The notes: generated by a model not told the origin, from the letters alone. A stretch of DNA of 63,626 nt, filler included, from Dugesia japonica (GCA_001938525.1; 6 parts of 6 records of this genome joined end to end with filler, not necessarily neighbours in it), one strand, 5' to 3'; shown: positions 10,546-23,934, numbered from the whole stretch's first letter. Program-made: numbers and translations.

Positions 10546-10763
10546 GACTGCTTGTAGGCAAACACTTATTAATATAAATAAATCGCTTTTTTTGTTTTTA
10601 CGCATTCCTATATACATGACTAATAAACTAAATTCAGTAGTAGAACAAGTATTAAAATAAATATTCTCCTTATTTGACTAATGTGTGCAATGGATTGGTT
10701 GTTTCATATACCAATGGGAGTTTAGTTGTTTAATGTCAGCTTCATTTTTCATTTCATATTTGA

Positions 10764-11930
10764 ATGTCAGCGACTGTTCAATTTAATCTTGGATCTAATC
10801 ACAACACGAGCGATGAATCGACAGATAATCATCCAGTTTGTCATACGAAACCTAGTAAACCTCATTTGAAACGCAGTTTTTCATTGGTACCAGAAAGATT
10901 AGATACCAAAGCCAAAAACAACGTTTGTAACGAACAGCTTTTAACTGGATGTGAAATAGTTTTGGAGATTTTCTCAATTGTTCTAGTTGTTATTCTATTT
11001 CCGTTCTCGTTGATTTTTTCTTTGAAAGTTATAGCTCAATACCAAAGAGCTGTTGTTTTTCGTCTGGGAAAATTGATAGCACGAGGACCGTTGGGACCGG
11101 GATTAATATTTATTCTTCCGTGTTTGGATTCCATGAAACGAATCGATTTGAGAACTTTGACATTTGATGTTCCTACTCAAGAAGTGTTGACGAGAGATTC
11201 TGTAACTGTTGCTGTCGACGCTGTAGTTTATTATCGTATTTTTGATCCGGTTATGTCAGTTGTAAATGTTGAAGATGCAAATCGTTCGACTAGGTTATTA
11301 GCTCAAACAACTTTGAGAAACGTTCTTGGAACGGTGGATCTATATTCGTTGTTGACAGACCGAGAAGATATTGCATCAAGTATGCAAGAAACTTTAGACA
11401 TGGCGACAGATGCTTGGGGCATGAAAGTAGAAAGAGTAGAAGTGAAAGATGTAAGACTTCCAATGCAATTACAAAGAGCTATGGCGGCAGAAGCTGAAGC
11501 AACGAGAGAAGCTAAAGCTAAAGTAATAGCTGCAGAAGGTGAACAGAAATCATCAAAAGCTTTAAGGTTAGCAGCAGAAGAATTATATAAATGCCCAATT
11601 TCCTTACAGCTAAGATATTTGCAAACATTAAATAGTATTTCTGCAGAAAAAAATTCAACAATAATATTTCCATTACCGATTGATATTTTAGCACATTTTC
11701 ATGATAATTCAAATAATCTGGAACCATTTGTGCCACAATCATCACCTGGTAATAGTTCTCAGTCAACAAAATTGATTAATCCGCCATCAGTTCGTGTACA
11801 ATTAGCACAAAAAGCTAGTAATTTACATACAAATCGTAAAGGCTATCATTTAAATCATTTCTCTACATCTCCGTCATCATCAACAATCTCCGGTGGACAT
11901 GACTATACCAGTTCTGATTGTACTGTTTAA
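10764..11930 (+). CDS. Stomatin / band 7 (SPFH) family membrane protein, MEC-2-like, intronless
   Basis: Hydrophobic hairpin with FP, YQRAVVFRLG, GPGLIFILPC, EVLTRDSVTVAVDAVVYYRI, LLAQTTLRNVLG, QLRYLQTL. Confidence 0.95.
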   Translation: MSATVQFNLGSNHNTSDESTDNHPVCHTKPSKPHLKRSFSLVPERLDTKAKNNVCNEQLLTGCEIVLEIFSIVLVVILFPFSLIFSLKVIAQYQRAVVFRLGKLIARGPLGPGLIFILPCLDSMKRIDLRTLTFDVPTQEVLTRDSVTVAVDAVVYYRIFDPVMSVVNVEDANRSTRLLAQTTLRNVLGTVDLYSLLTDREDIASSMQETLDMATDAWGMKVERVEVKDVRLPMQLQRAMAAEAEATREAKAKVIAAEGEQKSSKALRLAAEELYKCPISLQLRYLQTLNSISAEKNSTIIFPLPIDILAHFHDNSNNLEPFVPQSSPGNSSQSTKLINPPSVRVQLAQKASNLHTNRKGYHLNHFSTSPSSSTISGGHDYTSSDCTV

Positions 11931-12149
11931 AATAGTTTATTCTGTATATCTAAATCCCGAAAACTTCCAATAGTGTATTTGATTTGAATAAATTGGAAAA
12001 CTCNTTCAATGTTTTTCATTAAATTTTCCAATAATGATATAACCTCAAATATTACATAATTTCCATAAGAGTGGATTTAGGTTTCTTTATATTATTTCTT
12101 TATAAAAAAAAGTGATAATCTCGTCAATTTAATCATCAAATTAAATCCC

Positions 12150-12171
12150 ATTATTATTATAATTATTAGTA

Positions 12172-12235
<64 letters not shown>

Positions 12236-12391
12236 NNNNNNNNNNNNNNNNNNNNNNNNNNNNNNNNNNNNNNNNNNNNNNNNNNNNNNNNNNNNNNNNN
12301 NNNNNNNNNNNNNNNNNNNNNNNNNNNNNNNNNNNNNNNNNNNNNNNNNNNNNNNNNNNNNNNNNNNNNNNNNNNNNNNNNNNNNNNNNNN

Positions 12392-12457
<66 letters not shown>

Positions 12458-12458
12458 G
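12150..12458. repeat. (ATT)n microsatellite (also about 34677-34825 and 39851-39918)
   Basis: Seen directly; partly N-masked. Confidence 0.95.
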
Positions 12459-12459
12459 A

Positions 12460-13310
12460 TATAAAGAAGTCCAAATAGAGTTTCTAAAATAAATTTTATG
12501 ACAATATGGCATCATCCCCCTCGTTTTAAATTGCTTTAGCCATTCTATACTTTGAACTATATCTTTACCGTCAGAATTTCTAAATTTAAAGCTATTATTG
12601 TGTATTTTATTTATAAGTTTATAAGGTCCTCCTGTTTATCCTGTTTATCTTTTATGTCTATTTTTACCAGCACATTATCACCAATTTTGAAGTGTCTATA
12701 AATTCTATTATCATTATTGTAATTATTAATCATATTAGCACTATTGATAACTTCTTTTCTTTCGCACCGAACGTCATTCAACAATTTAATATATTCTTAT
12801 GAATCTTCAAAAGATGGAATTTGATGCATAAACATTTCTTTGTTTATCTTTTTGCCAAAAACAATTTCTGCTAGGCTACATTTTAAACTTTTTTGAGTTG
12901 TCGCATTCAAAGCAAATTCTATATGTTGTAGTGCATCTTACCAATTTTTATGTAATTGGTCCTTTAATTTACAAGATAGCTATTCTCTTATTGTACGAAA
13001 TTGTCTTTCTATTTGTCCATTGGCTTGGTGATGATAGGGACTTGAATAAATAATATCAAAATAAAATCTTTCTGACAAATTTCGTAATAAACTTGATTCG
13101 AAACCTTTGCCGCCATCTATATGAATTGTTTTAGGGGTCCTAAATTTTAAAATTCAATCATTTAAACGTAATTTCGTGATGATTTTTTCATCTTGTGATG
13201 TAACAGCCTTTAAATTCGTATATTTACTAAATTGATCAATTATAGCAAAAATGTATTTCTTTCCAGTTAATGTAGTCTAAACAAAATCTGATATATCAAA
13301 ATTAATACAA
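12460..13310 (-). mobile_element. Ty3/gypsy integrase remnant with polypurine tract and start of 3' LTR
   Basis: KKYIFAIIDQFSKY..TPKTIHIDGGKGFES..SSPYHHQANGQIERQFRTI with stops; minus-strand GAGGGGGA then TG near 12513. Confidence 0.85.
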
Positions 13311-13489
13311 TAGTGCTGCCGAACACAGCTAAAATAAATTAAGAAAAAATATGATGCTTTATCAGTATTCGCGCTCAGAATCAGCTTGCAAAAAGAAATC
13401 GTATTAAAATCCTCTATTAAAATTTGAGCGTTATATCAAAGAAACACATCAATTTTCATAAATTAAAAATTTTTACAAAAAAAATTATG

Positions 13490-14040
13490 GCGAGCCGCTT
13501 GTTAGCCAGACCTGATATGATGATAATGGTTATGAAAAAATTTATTTATTAGAAAGATTTAAAATTGTAAGATTAGCAAAAAAATTTTGATATGATACAA
13601 AAGAGTTAAAAAGAGAAGTAATAATTCCACAATTTAATGATTTTGAATATATATTAGAACAATATTATCTACCAAATTTTAAAAAACTAAGAATTGGAAT
13701 AAAATGTCTATATACATAACCCGATATAACAACAGAGGTAGAAAAGACGTTTTCATGTAATGTAAAGTTTTACAAGTTACTCAAAAATTATTAGATGAAT
13801 TTTATGATTAAATCACAATAATGATAGAAGTAATACACCGTGATTCAGAATTAACTCTTTTAAATGTAAATCAAATTTCATTATCATTACGTGAATATAT
13901 TTCGGTAATTAAAGAATCATATATAAAATATCAATTTAATTCCCATTTAATATTTAATCCAAAAAATGAAGATAATAAATGTTTCTTTTGGTGTATATTA
14001 AAATCTATAGAACTAGTTAGAGACTTAAATAATTAACTAT
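13490..14040 (+). pseudogene. Polinton/Maverick-type protein-primed PolB N-terminal remnant
   Basis: SYIK...IFNPKNEDNKCFFWCIL matches the SYIxLP..NxxNxDNKCF(L/F)W motif of Polinton PolB; degraded. Confidence 0.6.
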
Positions 14041-14559
14041 TGGACGCTTCATATACAAAGCAAATACAAACTCGTTCTGGAAAAGCATATTTTAAAAATG
14101 ATTGCTCAAAATAAAAATATTTTAGAAACAACTTTTAATAAATTAAGAATTTTGAAAGGTGGGTTGAAAGCAAAATCATTTGGTTATTTAAGTAGATCAA
14201 GATTCGCTATAAGTGGAAGTAGAACTCCGTTCATAAGTGTAACTTCTACGTAATTCGTCAATCGAAACACTATATGTTTCTCTCTCATAATTTTTATTAC
14301 TATCATATTTTTTTTATTAATTTTTTAATAGATAGTAATTTAGTTTTTAAAATTGAAATGACAAAAAAATTTGAATGACAAAATTGGATATTCTTCAACT
14401 AATTTATAAAATTTATTTAATCTATTCTATATTGAGTAATATTATTTAGGAATTGATTTTCATGATAATTGATTTTTAAATTTTAATCTCTTTACTAAAG
14501 TGATTATCATTACTTTGTTTACTACAAAACAAATAAATTGGTAGCTGTATCTGAACATA

Positions 14560-14965
14560 CATGCAATGAAATTTTTCTGAACATTTGAATAAATATGAAA
14601 CAATAGCCTACAAAAGATTACCAACTACTGAAGAAAATAAATTCAATAAATAGTAAACTCAAATAGCAGAAAAATATGAAAAAATCTTTACTTTTAACAG
14701 TCAAATATCATGAACCAGTTCAATCATCGATGTACTGTATTTATAAAGATCACAAAACAACAATTAAAGGAAGACTTATTGTCAACGCTTTTGACACTTC
14801 TTCAATTGCATTATCCAAACTTATGGTAAATATTTTAAAATCACAATTAAGTTTCATTCCGGCACATTTAAAGAATAGTTAAGAGCGTATTGAAAGAATT
14901 AAAAATTATTAATGGAAGAGGATGGTGAATTTGGTTCATTAGATATAACAAGTCTATATGATCAA
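14560..14965 (+). mobile_element. Penelope-like element reverse transcriptase remnant
   Basis: IYKDHK..GRLIVNAFDTSSIALSKLMVNIL..HLKNS..GSLDITSLYD corresponds to the PLE PKxHK/RPIV/SxDVxSLY region. Confidence 0.7.
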
Positions 14966-15574
14966 TTCAGGAATAATAATTCACTTCTTTTTTCATATAT
15001 CACAAAATCAATAAGTTTAAGCCATTTATGAAATTTTAAATAATATGAATAATTAGAGGGTTGGTCTAAAGGTTTATCAAAAGAAAAAATTATAATCATT
15101 AGAAATTGGAGATTTAAATGTGGTTTTATTAATAACAATGGGACAAAATTCATATATAAACTAGACAAATTCTGGACAGAATTAAAATAACAAAAAATAG
15201 CAAGAGTTTAAAGTACTACTAAAGCAAAATTAAAAGTATCAACCGAGACAAAAGTTAAATATAAACCAGAAAGAAACTTTGATAACAAACGGGCAAAGGT
15301 TAAAATACCACTGGGGTAGAATTTTTAATATCAACCAGAGAAAGTTTTAATAACTCAGTAGAGGGGGCAATATCATAAATATATTTTATATTTTAAAAGT
15401 CTGTTATTTAGTTTATGTATCATTATTGTGTCTTAATTATAATTTTGTATATTTTCTATTATAATCATTGTATGTTTTTAAATTATGAAATTTATTATTA
15501 TGTGTTTATTATAATTTAAATTTTAAATTATGTTTGAAAAACTCAAAAAATATTGGCTACTTTTTCATAAAAAG

Positions 15575-15975
15575 AAAAAAGAACGCCATTTAACAAAATA
15601 TCTATTTGCTGAAATTAATTTCGTTGGAATAACCGTCATTGTCAGGCAATTAATGATTATTAAAACAAACTATTTGAAAAGTTTAAATGAATATATAACT
15701 GTGTAGTCTCAATAAATAGTCAATAAAATAATTTTAAGAGCGATGTTCAATCCGTCATCTGAACATTAATTTTAGGATTAAATACCCTTATCAAGAAAGC
15801 TACATGCATCAATCTCTCCCAATAATTATTAAATCTACTGCACAATTGAAATTATATAATTATTTAAACTTTTTAAATAGGTCGTTTTTAATAATCATTA
15901 ATTGTCTGACGATGACGGTTATTCAGTCGAAATTAATTGCAACAAATAAATAGTTTGTTAAATGGCGCTCTTTAA
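15575..15975. repeat. Inverted repeat with about 120-bp arms containing hammerhead-like cores (probable Penelope pseudo-LTR pair)
   Basis: 15581-15700 is the reverse complement of about 15850-15970. Confidence 0.8.
15902..15942 (+). ncRNA. Minimal type I hammerhead ribozyme motif
   Basis: TTGT-CTGACGA-T-GAC(9-nt loop)GTC-GAAA-TTAA-TT-GCAA; palindromic stem III. Confidence 0.6.
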
Positions 15976-16746
15976 TTTTTATTATATGTTTATTTATAAT
16001 TTTTATTTGTTATTTATAAATTAACTTTTTTATTATAACTTAATCAAAGAAAGTATTTTTTAAAAAATTGAAAATTTGCTTAACAATGTCAAGTCAATAA
16101 AATATTCATATAAAAGAAAATAATAATGTAATTTTAAATAACCTTAATATAATTAGAAAATAAAAAATTAAGCACAATTTTAAATAATTAAAACAAAAAA
16201 ATCTCAAATAATTAATAAAAATTGAAATAAATTCGAATTATGTACACATAAAATACGAGCAAAAATGATGTAATTACATAGAAAATTTGATGACTGACTA
16301 AAAACCTTAGCAATTCTTACCTCACTTAACTAATCACACACAAATTTTCATTGCCTCCTGAATACATTGATAATTTGTAAGTCATTTTTTAAACACGGGA
16401 GGTAGGGGTGAACCAGTGCGTTCATATCTCCATACTATTTAAGTCATTATAATAATTTAATCAATTTTTAATTTTCCAAATAAATATTGAAATGTTATTG
16501 CCTTATTGATTTTCATTTCTTTCTTAAAAAAGTTCGACTTTTATTTGATTAATATAATCTCATGTTATCAGCGTGCGAAAAAAAAATATTTTATCAATTA
16601 TTGTCGATTACCAATTCAACAAGTTTATAAAAGCTTGCTAAATATTTTTTTTTGAAAAACTTTATCTTAAACGATTTTTAAAAACTATAACTCCGATTGA
16701 ATTTCAATATTACAAAGTTAAAGCAAAATAAACTTTGGAAAACAAA

Positions 16747-17960
16747 ATGAAGAGAATAAGTGAAATAGATAGCAAAGATCATCAATGTTCAACTAATAAT
16801 AAAGAAATAAAGGTAAATCCCATTCCAAAGAAAATCAAGATTGAAATACCAGAAATAATAATAGCTTCAATTAACGTAGAACACATTAAAATTGTTGATT
16901 CAATAGAAACATTGGTTTGTAACCTGTATCATAAGCATTCGTCAGTAAAACTAAACAATTTAAAAGTTCTTCATAACAGATTTCAAAATAATTATTTAAA
17001 TGTTACTACTGATGATTGTGAATGGATAGAAAGATTGATGAAAATATTGAAAAGTTTAATTTACAACAGTAATCTGCAAATTCAATTAAGTTCTATTCAA
17101 TTGTTTAGTTCTTTCAGCTTTCAACTTGCCAGTCTTTCTCATAACAAATACAACGATATCATAACAAATGTACTTAGACCAATCGTCAATGATTCCACAG
17201 TTGACATTAATGTTCGATGTGTTGCAATTGAATCGATAACTGCATCAATATTTTTTAACAAATCATCAAATTCAGATACAATTATAAAAATTATGAATTT
17301 GTTCGAAAATATATTTACAGAACCATCAACTAAAACATCATATATAAAACTAGAAATTGCTGCTATTCAACGTTGGAGTTTATTATTTACAATTCTACCT
17401 GATCATTTGTTAGTAGATTTCGGTTCAAGAATTTTATTTTTATCACCATATTTATTAAATAATGTCAGTGTTGATGTAAGAATAAGAGTTGGTAAATGCT
17501 TGGCATTGATTTTTGAAAGAATTAGAATGAAAATCGATTCAAAATTTGTTTGTGATGGTTATGAGAGTTTATTAAAGCAAATGGAATATTTGTCTAGTGA
17601 TGATCGCAAAGCTATAAATAGAAAGGATCGAGCCAAACAAAAACGCGAATTCGGAGAAATTCTTCAATCAATAGAATCTTATTCAAAGAAATTTTCAAAG
17701 GTAGAAAAGTTAAAGTTCAAAGTTAAAGTTTTATCAATTACTAATTGGACCAAAAAAATTCATTATGATTTTATTCAAAAAATTTTACAAGATGGCTTCC
17801 ATTTACAATTACAATTGAATATTTTAATAAGAGAAATATTCCGTTTGGAACCATTACTTGAGAATGATCAAATCATAGTTTTACTTTAAATCTTTCCAAA
17901 ACAACCAAACGAATAGAAAATAAACAAATTGAGAAACAAATCAAAAATAATCTTAGATAA
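16747..17960 (+). CDS. Interferon-related developmental regulator (IFRD) family protein, divergent, intronless, probable frameshift near the C-terminus
   Basis: VRIRVGKCLALIFE, LSSDDRKAINRKDRAKQKREF, ITNWTKKIHYD, LIREIFRL; basic tail SKTTKRIENKQ lies in another frame after the stop at 17889. Confidence 0.75.
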
Positions 17961-19079
17961 AATTCGATAATCTTGTAAAACAAAATGATTAATTACAGAC
18001 GAAGTCAATTTGTTGAGATTATTTTTAATGTTAGTTTTGAGACTAAATATATTTTACGATTTTAATTAATGTTTTAACAATTCATAATTGATCTAGGTGT
18101 TGCATAATCAAATTTTATTTGGTAACCATTTTAAATTATTAAAATTAGAATTTTGATTTTTTCCTTAAAATTTATTTATTGCATTAAAACTTTACATTTG
18201 GTATTTAATTTAACATTGTTAATATTCAGCACCTGTAGGAAATTTGTTAGGAATATGTTTGTTGTACTACTCGCGAACACATACTTGGGATTTAATAAAT
18301 GAAGATTATAAAAATTATAGGTTCTCTTTTCAATTCGATATGAACCCAATTTCCGTTTTTTAGCATGATATAAAAATTCAATCAATACAATAAAATTAAA
18401 CATGAATATAAAAAAAGAATAACTATTAATTTACATGGTTTTTTTATCTATAATATAATTCTGGCAATCAATTAAATAAAACGAGCATAATTCGTTTTAA
18501 ATATTGATTTTCAATATGAAAATTAATGATATTTAACTAAAGTGGCATGGTTTCTTTTATCGTATCACATTTCATATCACAATGTTGTAATAATTCCTCT
18601 TTCAAATTTTGAAAAGCTGTGAGGTAGTCAAGATGTTAAAATTGGATTTTTTTAATCAAAATGTTTAAAAATATTTAGTGAGATTCCAGTAGAAGCATGC
18701 TTACCATAAATTTAAAGTTTTGTTTTCATTTTGCAAAAAATATCTATCACTTGAATACCAATTTTTGAAACCACTCAATCTAATGAAATAAATCACATTT
18801 CGTTTTTATAATTTTATTTATTTGATAAAGACTAAAAAGTAAAAGATGATTGTGAACCACAACACCAATGTTAATAAAGATATTATTTTCATCAGCAGAA
18901 ATATTTTCCTTTCTAAAAATACGTTCATTATTTACATCATGTGTTTTACCATATATAAACCCAGACAGTTACCCCAACAAAACATTTACCAAACTTCGGT
19001 TCAAGGCAACGTAACTATCCATGCTGATCATTTCTAATTTTTTTCATCAATAAAAGCAAATCAGCAAAAATTCATAAAT

Positions 19080-19430
19080 GTGGTAAAAGATCAAAGAGAT
19101 ATAATGCAAGAATTACATCTTTGAACAGAGTATAAAACATGTAATTACTAGGTACTAAATCAGAATTTTATTCCAAGTCCTTTCCAGTCTTGTCAACAAT
19201 ATTTATTTGAACATACAACATAATATCATTTAAATCCAAATATTCAGTTTGAAATCCATTTATAAAAAACTTTAAATCATTTTTACTTTCATAAANNNNN
19301 NNNNNNNNNNTTTTACTTTCATAAAGAGTATTCATTGGTAACACATCTTCAAATGATTCAAATTAACTAACACCTTGATATATTAGGAGGTCAATAATAC
19401 AAAATGGTTTTTCCCCAAATTATTAGTAAA
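19080..19430 (-). pseudogene. Polinton/adintovirus major capsid protein N-terminal remnant
   Basis: DVLPMNTL..LKFFINGFQTEYLDLNDIMLYVQINIVDKTGKDL..LVPSNYMFYTLFKDV resembles the EFxI..EYLDL..PxNxxLHSLF pattern. Confidence 0.65.
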
Positions 19431-19824
19431 ATATAATTCCATAGTCTTTCATTCGTTTGTTTATACTTGAAAGGGTATAATTCTTACCCTTTATTCCTGT
19501 TCCTTTAATATTTGCTTTATCTATTGCTACCGTGTTTGATATTATCTTTGGTTCATCTTGTGACATCATTTTCAAAAGTTCATCTGATGACATGGAGGTT
19601 ATGAGTTCAGACATTGCATGTGCCTTCAATCTTGGTAAAATATTTACATTATTTAAATTTACATCCTGAGCGGTTTTCATTCCGATCGCACAAATACATT
19701 TAAGAATAGGCAAAGCAAATCTACAAATTTTTGCAAGTAACCTGAACCTTACTGCTTTTCTACAAAATAATTCTCCACCAACTGAACTGATACTGTATAG
19801 TGAAAAAATATCGGGATTAGACAT
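19423..19824 (-). pseudogene. Polinton PZ-like small protein upstream of the capsid gene
   Basis: GG..F...LLAKICRFALPILK..GMKTAQDV resembles the LxxLFRxAxPxLK..TGxxVxxD pattern; position next to the capsid remnant. Confidence 0.5.
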
Positions 19825-21244
19825 TTATGTTTTCTAAATAAGTTAAATAAGTTTCTGAGTCTTGATAAAATTCGATTAATTAAAGATCGTGAAAATAATA
19901 TCATTATGGGAAAGGACAATGAACAAGTATTACAAGTTTAAGAAAATTGTTTTAATTTTTTAACATATGGATAATTTTACATCAATTGGTTCANAATTTT
20001 ATGGGGATCATTTTTGGTTTCTCCATTATTTTACACAAAATTTTTCTAAAACCTTTTTCTTGTCAAAATTAGTCAACAAAGGGTCTATTCGATAGAGAAT
20101 TCTTTGCTGAGTAAGGATATGTTAATCTAAAATCGTCAAACTTTAAACTGGTTGAAATAGATAGAAATGTTTATTGAAATATCTTAAATTTTGAAATTTT
20201 CTTTTGGCGTATTTAACAGGTATGGACTCAAATTTAGTGTCATTTAACCCAGAAGTAAAAAAAGACTATATAAAGTTTAATTATCGTCTTGAAAAAAATG
20301 CTTTCTAACGAAGATATACTACTGTCCTCCCAGATTTGGTAACTTTTTTCGAAAATATAAAAGTAACTCGAAATTTATCGAAATTGATACATTTAATAGA
20401 TAATTTTACAATGAGTAAGAATAAAAGTTATAGATAAAAGATATATCAATAAAAATTTTTTAATTTTGCGAGTCTCGCTCGAGGAACATAAAAATAGGCT
20501 AATAATTTACTCGGTGAGGTTGATTTGGTATATTTGTGGATGTTTTTAGGTAAACTTGAGTGATAAATAGTTCTGTAAGGTTGAATTATGTCAATTTAGG
20601 TTAATTTCAGTCATGAATTTACTTGACGAGGTTGCATCAGGTTAGTTTCGGTCTAGAATTTCCTCATTATGGGTAATCTTTGTCAAATTATTTTCTCGTT
20701 GAGGTCGAATCAGATCTTCTTTTTTACTGGTTTTGGTTCTTTTAGTTGATTATTTATTCTTCGTTTGTATTTTCTCTTTTTATTGATTTTCTATCTTCTC
20801 ACTAGTCTTCAGTCATCAATAGTTTTCTCGCTCATCATTGGTCTCAACTTTCGCTTAATAGTCTTCACTCTTCGCAAGTTTTCACTCTTTACTGATTTCA
20901 TTGCTCTTTACAGGTCTTCTCTCGGCTGGTATTTTCTCTCACTTAATGGTTTTCTTCTACTATTTGATAGTTTTCATTCTTCACTAGTGGTAAATGTACG
21001 GTTTGATTATTGTTTTTATACATTGAAATTAGTAGTAAACCAAAGTTTCTATTTATAAATTAATAATTTAATTCGAATAAATGCTAATATTGATTTTAAT
21101 TTTTATAACCAAGTAATTTACAGATACGTTTTTGTATGATTGATGTGCAAGTATCGAATAATTATTACTACTAGTAATAAAATTTCATTTTAATTAAATT
21201 ATTGTGAATATATCTAAGAAAAATGAATAAACTTAAGAAGATTA

Positions 21245-21970
21245 AGAAGAAAGCAAGGCCAAGGTCCCAAATTATAAGCGGAAGGCTACTAGCAAAGAAA
21301 GCTAATGAAGAACAGTAGTCACATGGAATAATATAATAATCATATACGAATAATCAATCATGGACAGAATATGCTAAAATACCGGATAAAAGGCCAAAAG
21401 AAAAAGAAGATGAGTATGAAGACCTTGGATTAACCAAGTTAGCTCACACTAAGGCCAATAATTAAAGGGAATTATCATAATAAAAATAAACGGCAGAAGA
21501 AATTAATATCAGTAAATAATTATTTATTGCAGAAAAATTAATTAATTTAAAAGGAAAATAAATTGAAATTGGTCGAAAATTGGTTTTTGGTGATTACCTC
21601 TACTTTGCATAATCACAGCGTCCTCGGGTAAGAAAATCTGAGAAGAATTGCTGACGAAGCATTAAGAATTGGTTAATAGAAAATGTTACCACCATCCAGA
21701 AGGTTTTCTCAGGGATTTGAAGATTGGGCCAATAAGAGATCTGAAAATAAAAATAAAACATAGGAATGACAATCACATGTCACTCCAAAAATAGACGCCA
21801 ATGGCGTAACAGAAAATAGTCAAAATTTTGTAAAAATCCAAGGCTACACCAATAGAATTTAAGAAATTTGAATTAAAATTAGACAGCCAATAGCAACGAG
21901 TTGCATTTGGTAAGCTATATAAGCCCTTGGAAAATTAGTATAAAAAACAACAATTATTTTCATAAACTAA
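21245..21970 (+). mobile_element. Cassette element copy E (5' and promoter portion, cut by scaffold end)
   Basis: Colinear with the reverse complement of 27400-28110; CCAAT at 21729, 21798, 21849, 21887; TATATAA at 21916. Confidence 0.85.
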
Positions 21971-22745
21971 NNNNNNNNNNNNNNNNNNNNNNNNNNNNNN
22001 NNNNNNNNNNNNNNTTAATTAATTAANNNNNNNNNNNNNNNNNNNNNNNNNNNNNNNNNNNNNNNNNNNNTACATGGTTTTACAAAATGAAATACAAAAA
22101 TTTAAATAAGAATTGACAACTATAAATAATCTGATATTTATAAAAAACTTTATTTAATTGAAAAAGTATTGAATTTTTTTACTGGAAAATTTAATGTAAT
22201 AGACTGTATATATAGATATAATTTCCTAAATTGTTACTTCTTTCCGCGAATGGGAGGATGCGCGATCATGTGCTACTATCTATCTACTTTTTTATAACAG
22301 CTTTTGTTAGGGAACCGGCACGAATGTCTATGTGAATGTAATTGACTAAATTATAGTTTTTGGACCTTGATTCTGTATAGGACCTGAGAAGTTTTTCGAA
22401 TGATTTTCAACTGCTGTTAAATAAAGAATCACATAGTTTAACGAAAATAATTAAATATTTGTAATGCAATATATTGAATATAACAAATAGTATTATATTT
22501 ACTTAATTATTTGTAAGCTATGCTCATAATAAATATCTTTAAAATAGTTTTTGAGTAATCAATATTATAGGTTTTAAAGAAAGAAATGCAATTTTTGGAA
22601 TTTTTATTTTTCATGATGACTTAAAATAAAATTTTGTTTTACTAATCTAAAATGGGTCATAATTTTAAAGCCCTTATTAAAAGAATATAGTCAAATTTTT
22701 ATTTAAGTTAATTAGTGAAAATTTACCCTCGCATTTATAGAAAAG

Positions 22746-23090
22746 ATGAACAATAAACAGATTAGGATAATTTNGCCGAGTTCGAAAGAGGTAATAAAGC
22801 TGCGTAAACTGCAAAAAATATCAATTACATATTTGGCAGAGATACCACAGACGAACGTGCCACTGAACTAAATTTAAAACTGGATATGAAGGTAAGAAGA
22901 TGAACCCTGCAATTGACAATGATCAATTGAAGAAGTTAGTCGAAACTGATCCGCGCACAACAGTTCTGTAACTTGCTTTTGAACTAAGCGTATCACCCAT
23001 GACCGTTTCTACCCATTTTTAAGTAACTAAGAAATCAGAAAAGGTCGAGAAATGCATACCTCACCAATTGACAGAAATTCAAAAAAGTGT
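22746..23090 (+). mobile_element. mariner transposase N-terminal remnant
   Basis: EFERGNKAA.TAKNINYIFG..IDNDQLKKLVETDPRTTV..LAFELSVS..IPHQLTE. Confidence 0.85.
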
Positions 23091-23934
23091 TTAAGTAATT
23101 AGCAAAATAATATTAAAACGAATTATTGAAATAAATAAAATATTGNNNNNNNNNNNNNTAAAAATTCAGTAAAATCAATCTTTAGTAATATTTTCAATAC
23201 ACTGTTATATTTAAATTTATAAAGGATTATCATGCCAATTATTTATTGAGCAAAAAAACAAAACAATAAAAACATACAACGAAAGAATCATATATTGATA
23301 AAGTAAATGAAATACATGTATTCAATTAAATTAGATCAAACATTAAATATAAATATTAAATAAGTTTGAAACCAACTAAAAAACGNAGTGCGATAGTTCA
23401 TAAATGAAAATACTGATTTGATAATTAATTTAAGTAAAGAAAATGAAGGACTTATAACAATTATTTCTTTAAAAATTACAAAGGTAAAATTTTAGAGAAC
23501 ATTGCTCGATTACTGAAAATATTTTAATGTTATAAGTGCTTTAAAGAAGCAATGATAATTGATGGAGAAACAATGGAATTTAGGTAGAGAAGAGCACGTT
23601 TATATAGTAATTAAAAAACTATAAAGTAATATTTATTATGAAAATAAAATTAATGAGTTACTTGCATTTAAAGAAGTAATAATGTTGGGGTTCCACCTGA
23701 GTTGACGGTGAAGAGAAACGCTGGCCGGAGAAAAACGGCCCTCTGGGGATCCCCCTCAAGAATTTAAATCTAACGTCCCTAGGTTAGATATTCAGTACAG
23801 AGGGGTTGACCTCGAACTTTTACTGGAGGTTTCCACTCGTACATATTTAGTTTGGGTTCGTATTCATTTCCCTATTACTGTAGTCATCAAATAAATAAGC
23901 AAAATGTTAATATTAATATGTATTAGTTTAAAAA

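Noticed and set aside
12232-12474. Poly-Ile and X-rich ORFs (also 8809-9274, 34599-34826, 39759-39974)
   Set aside because: Translations of ATT microsatellites and N gaps
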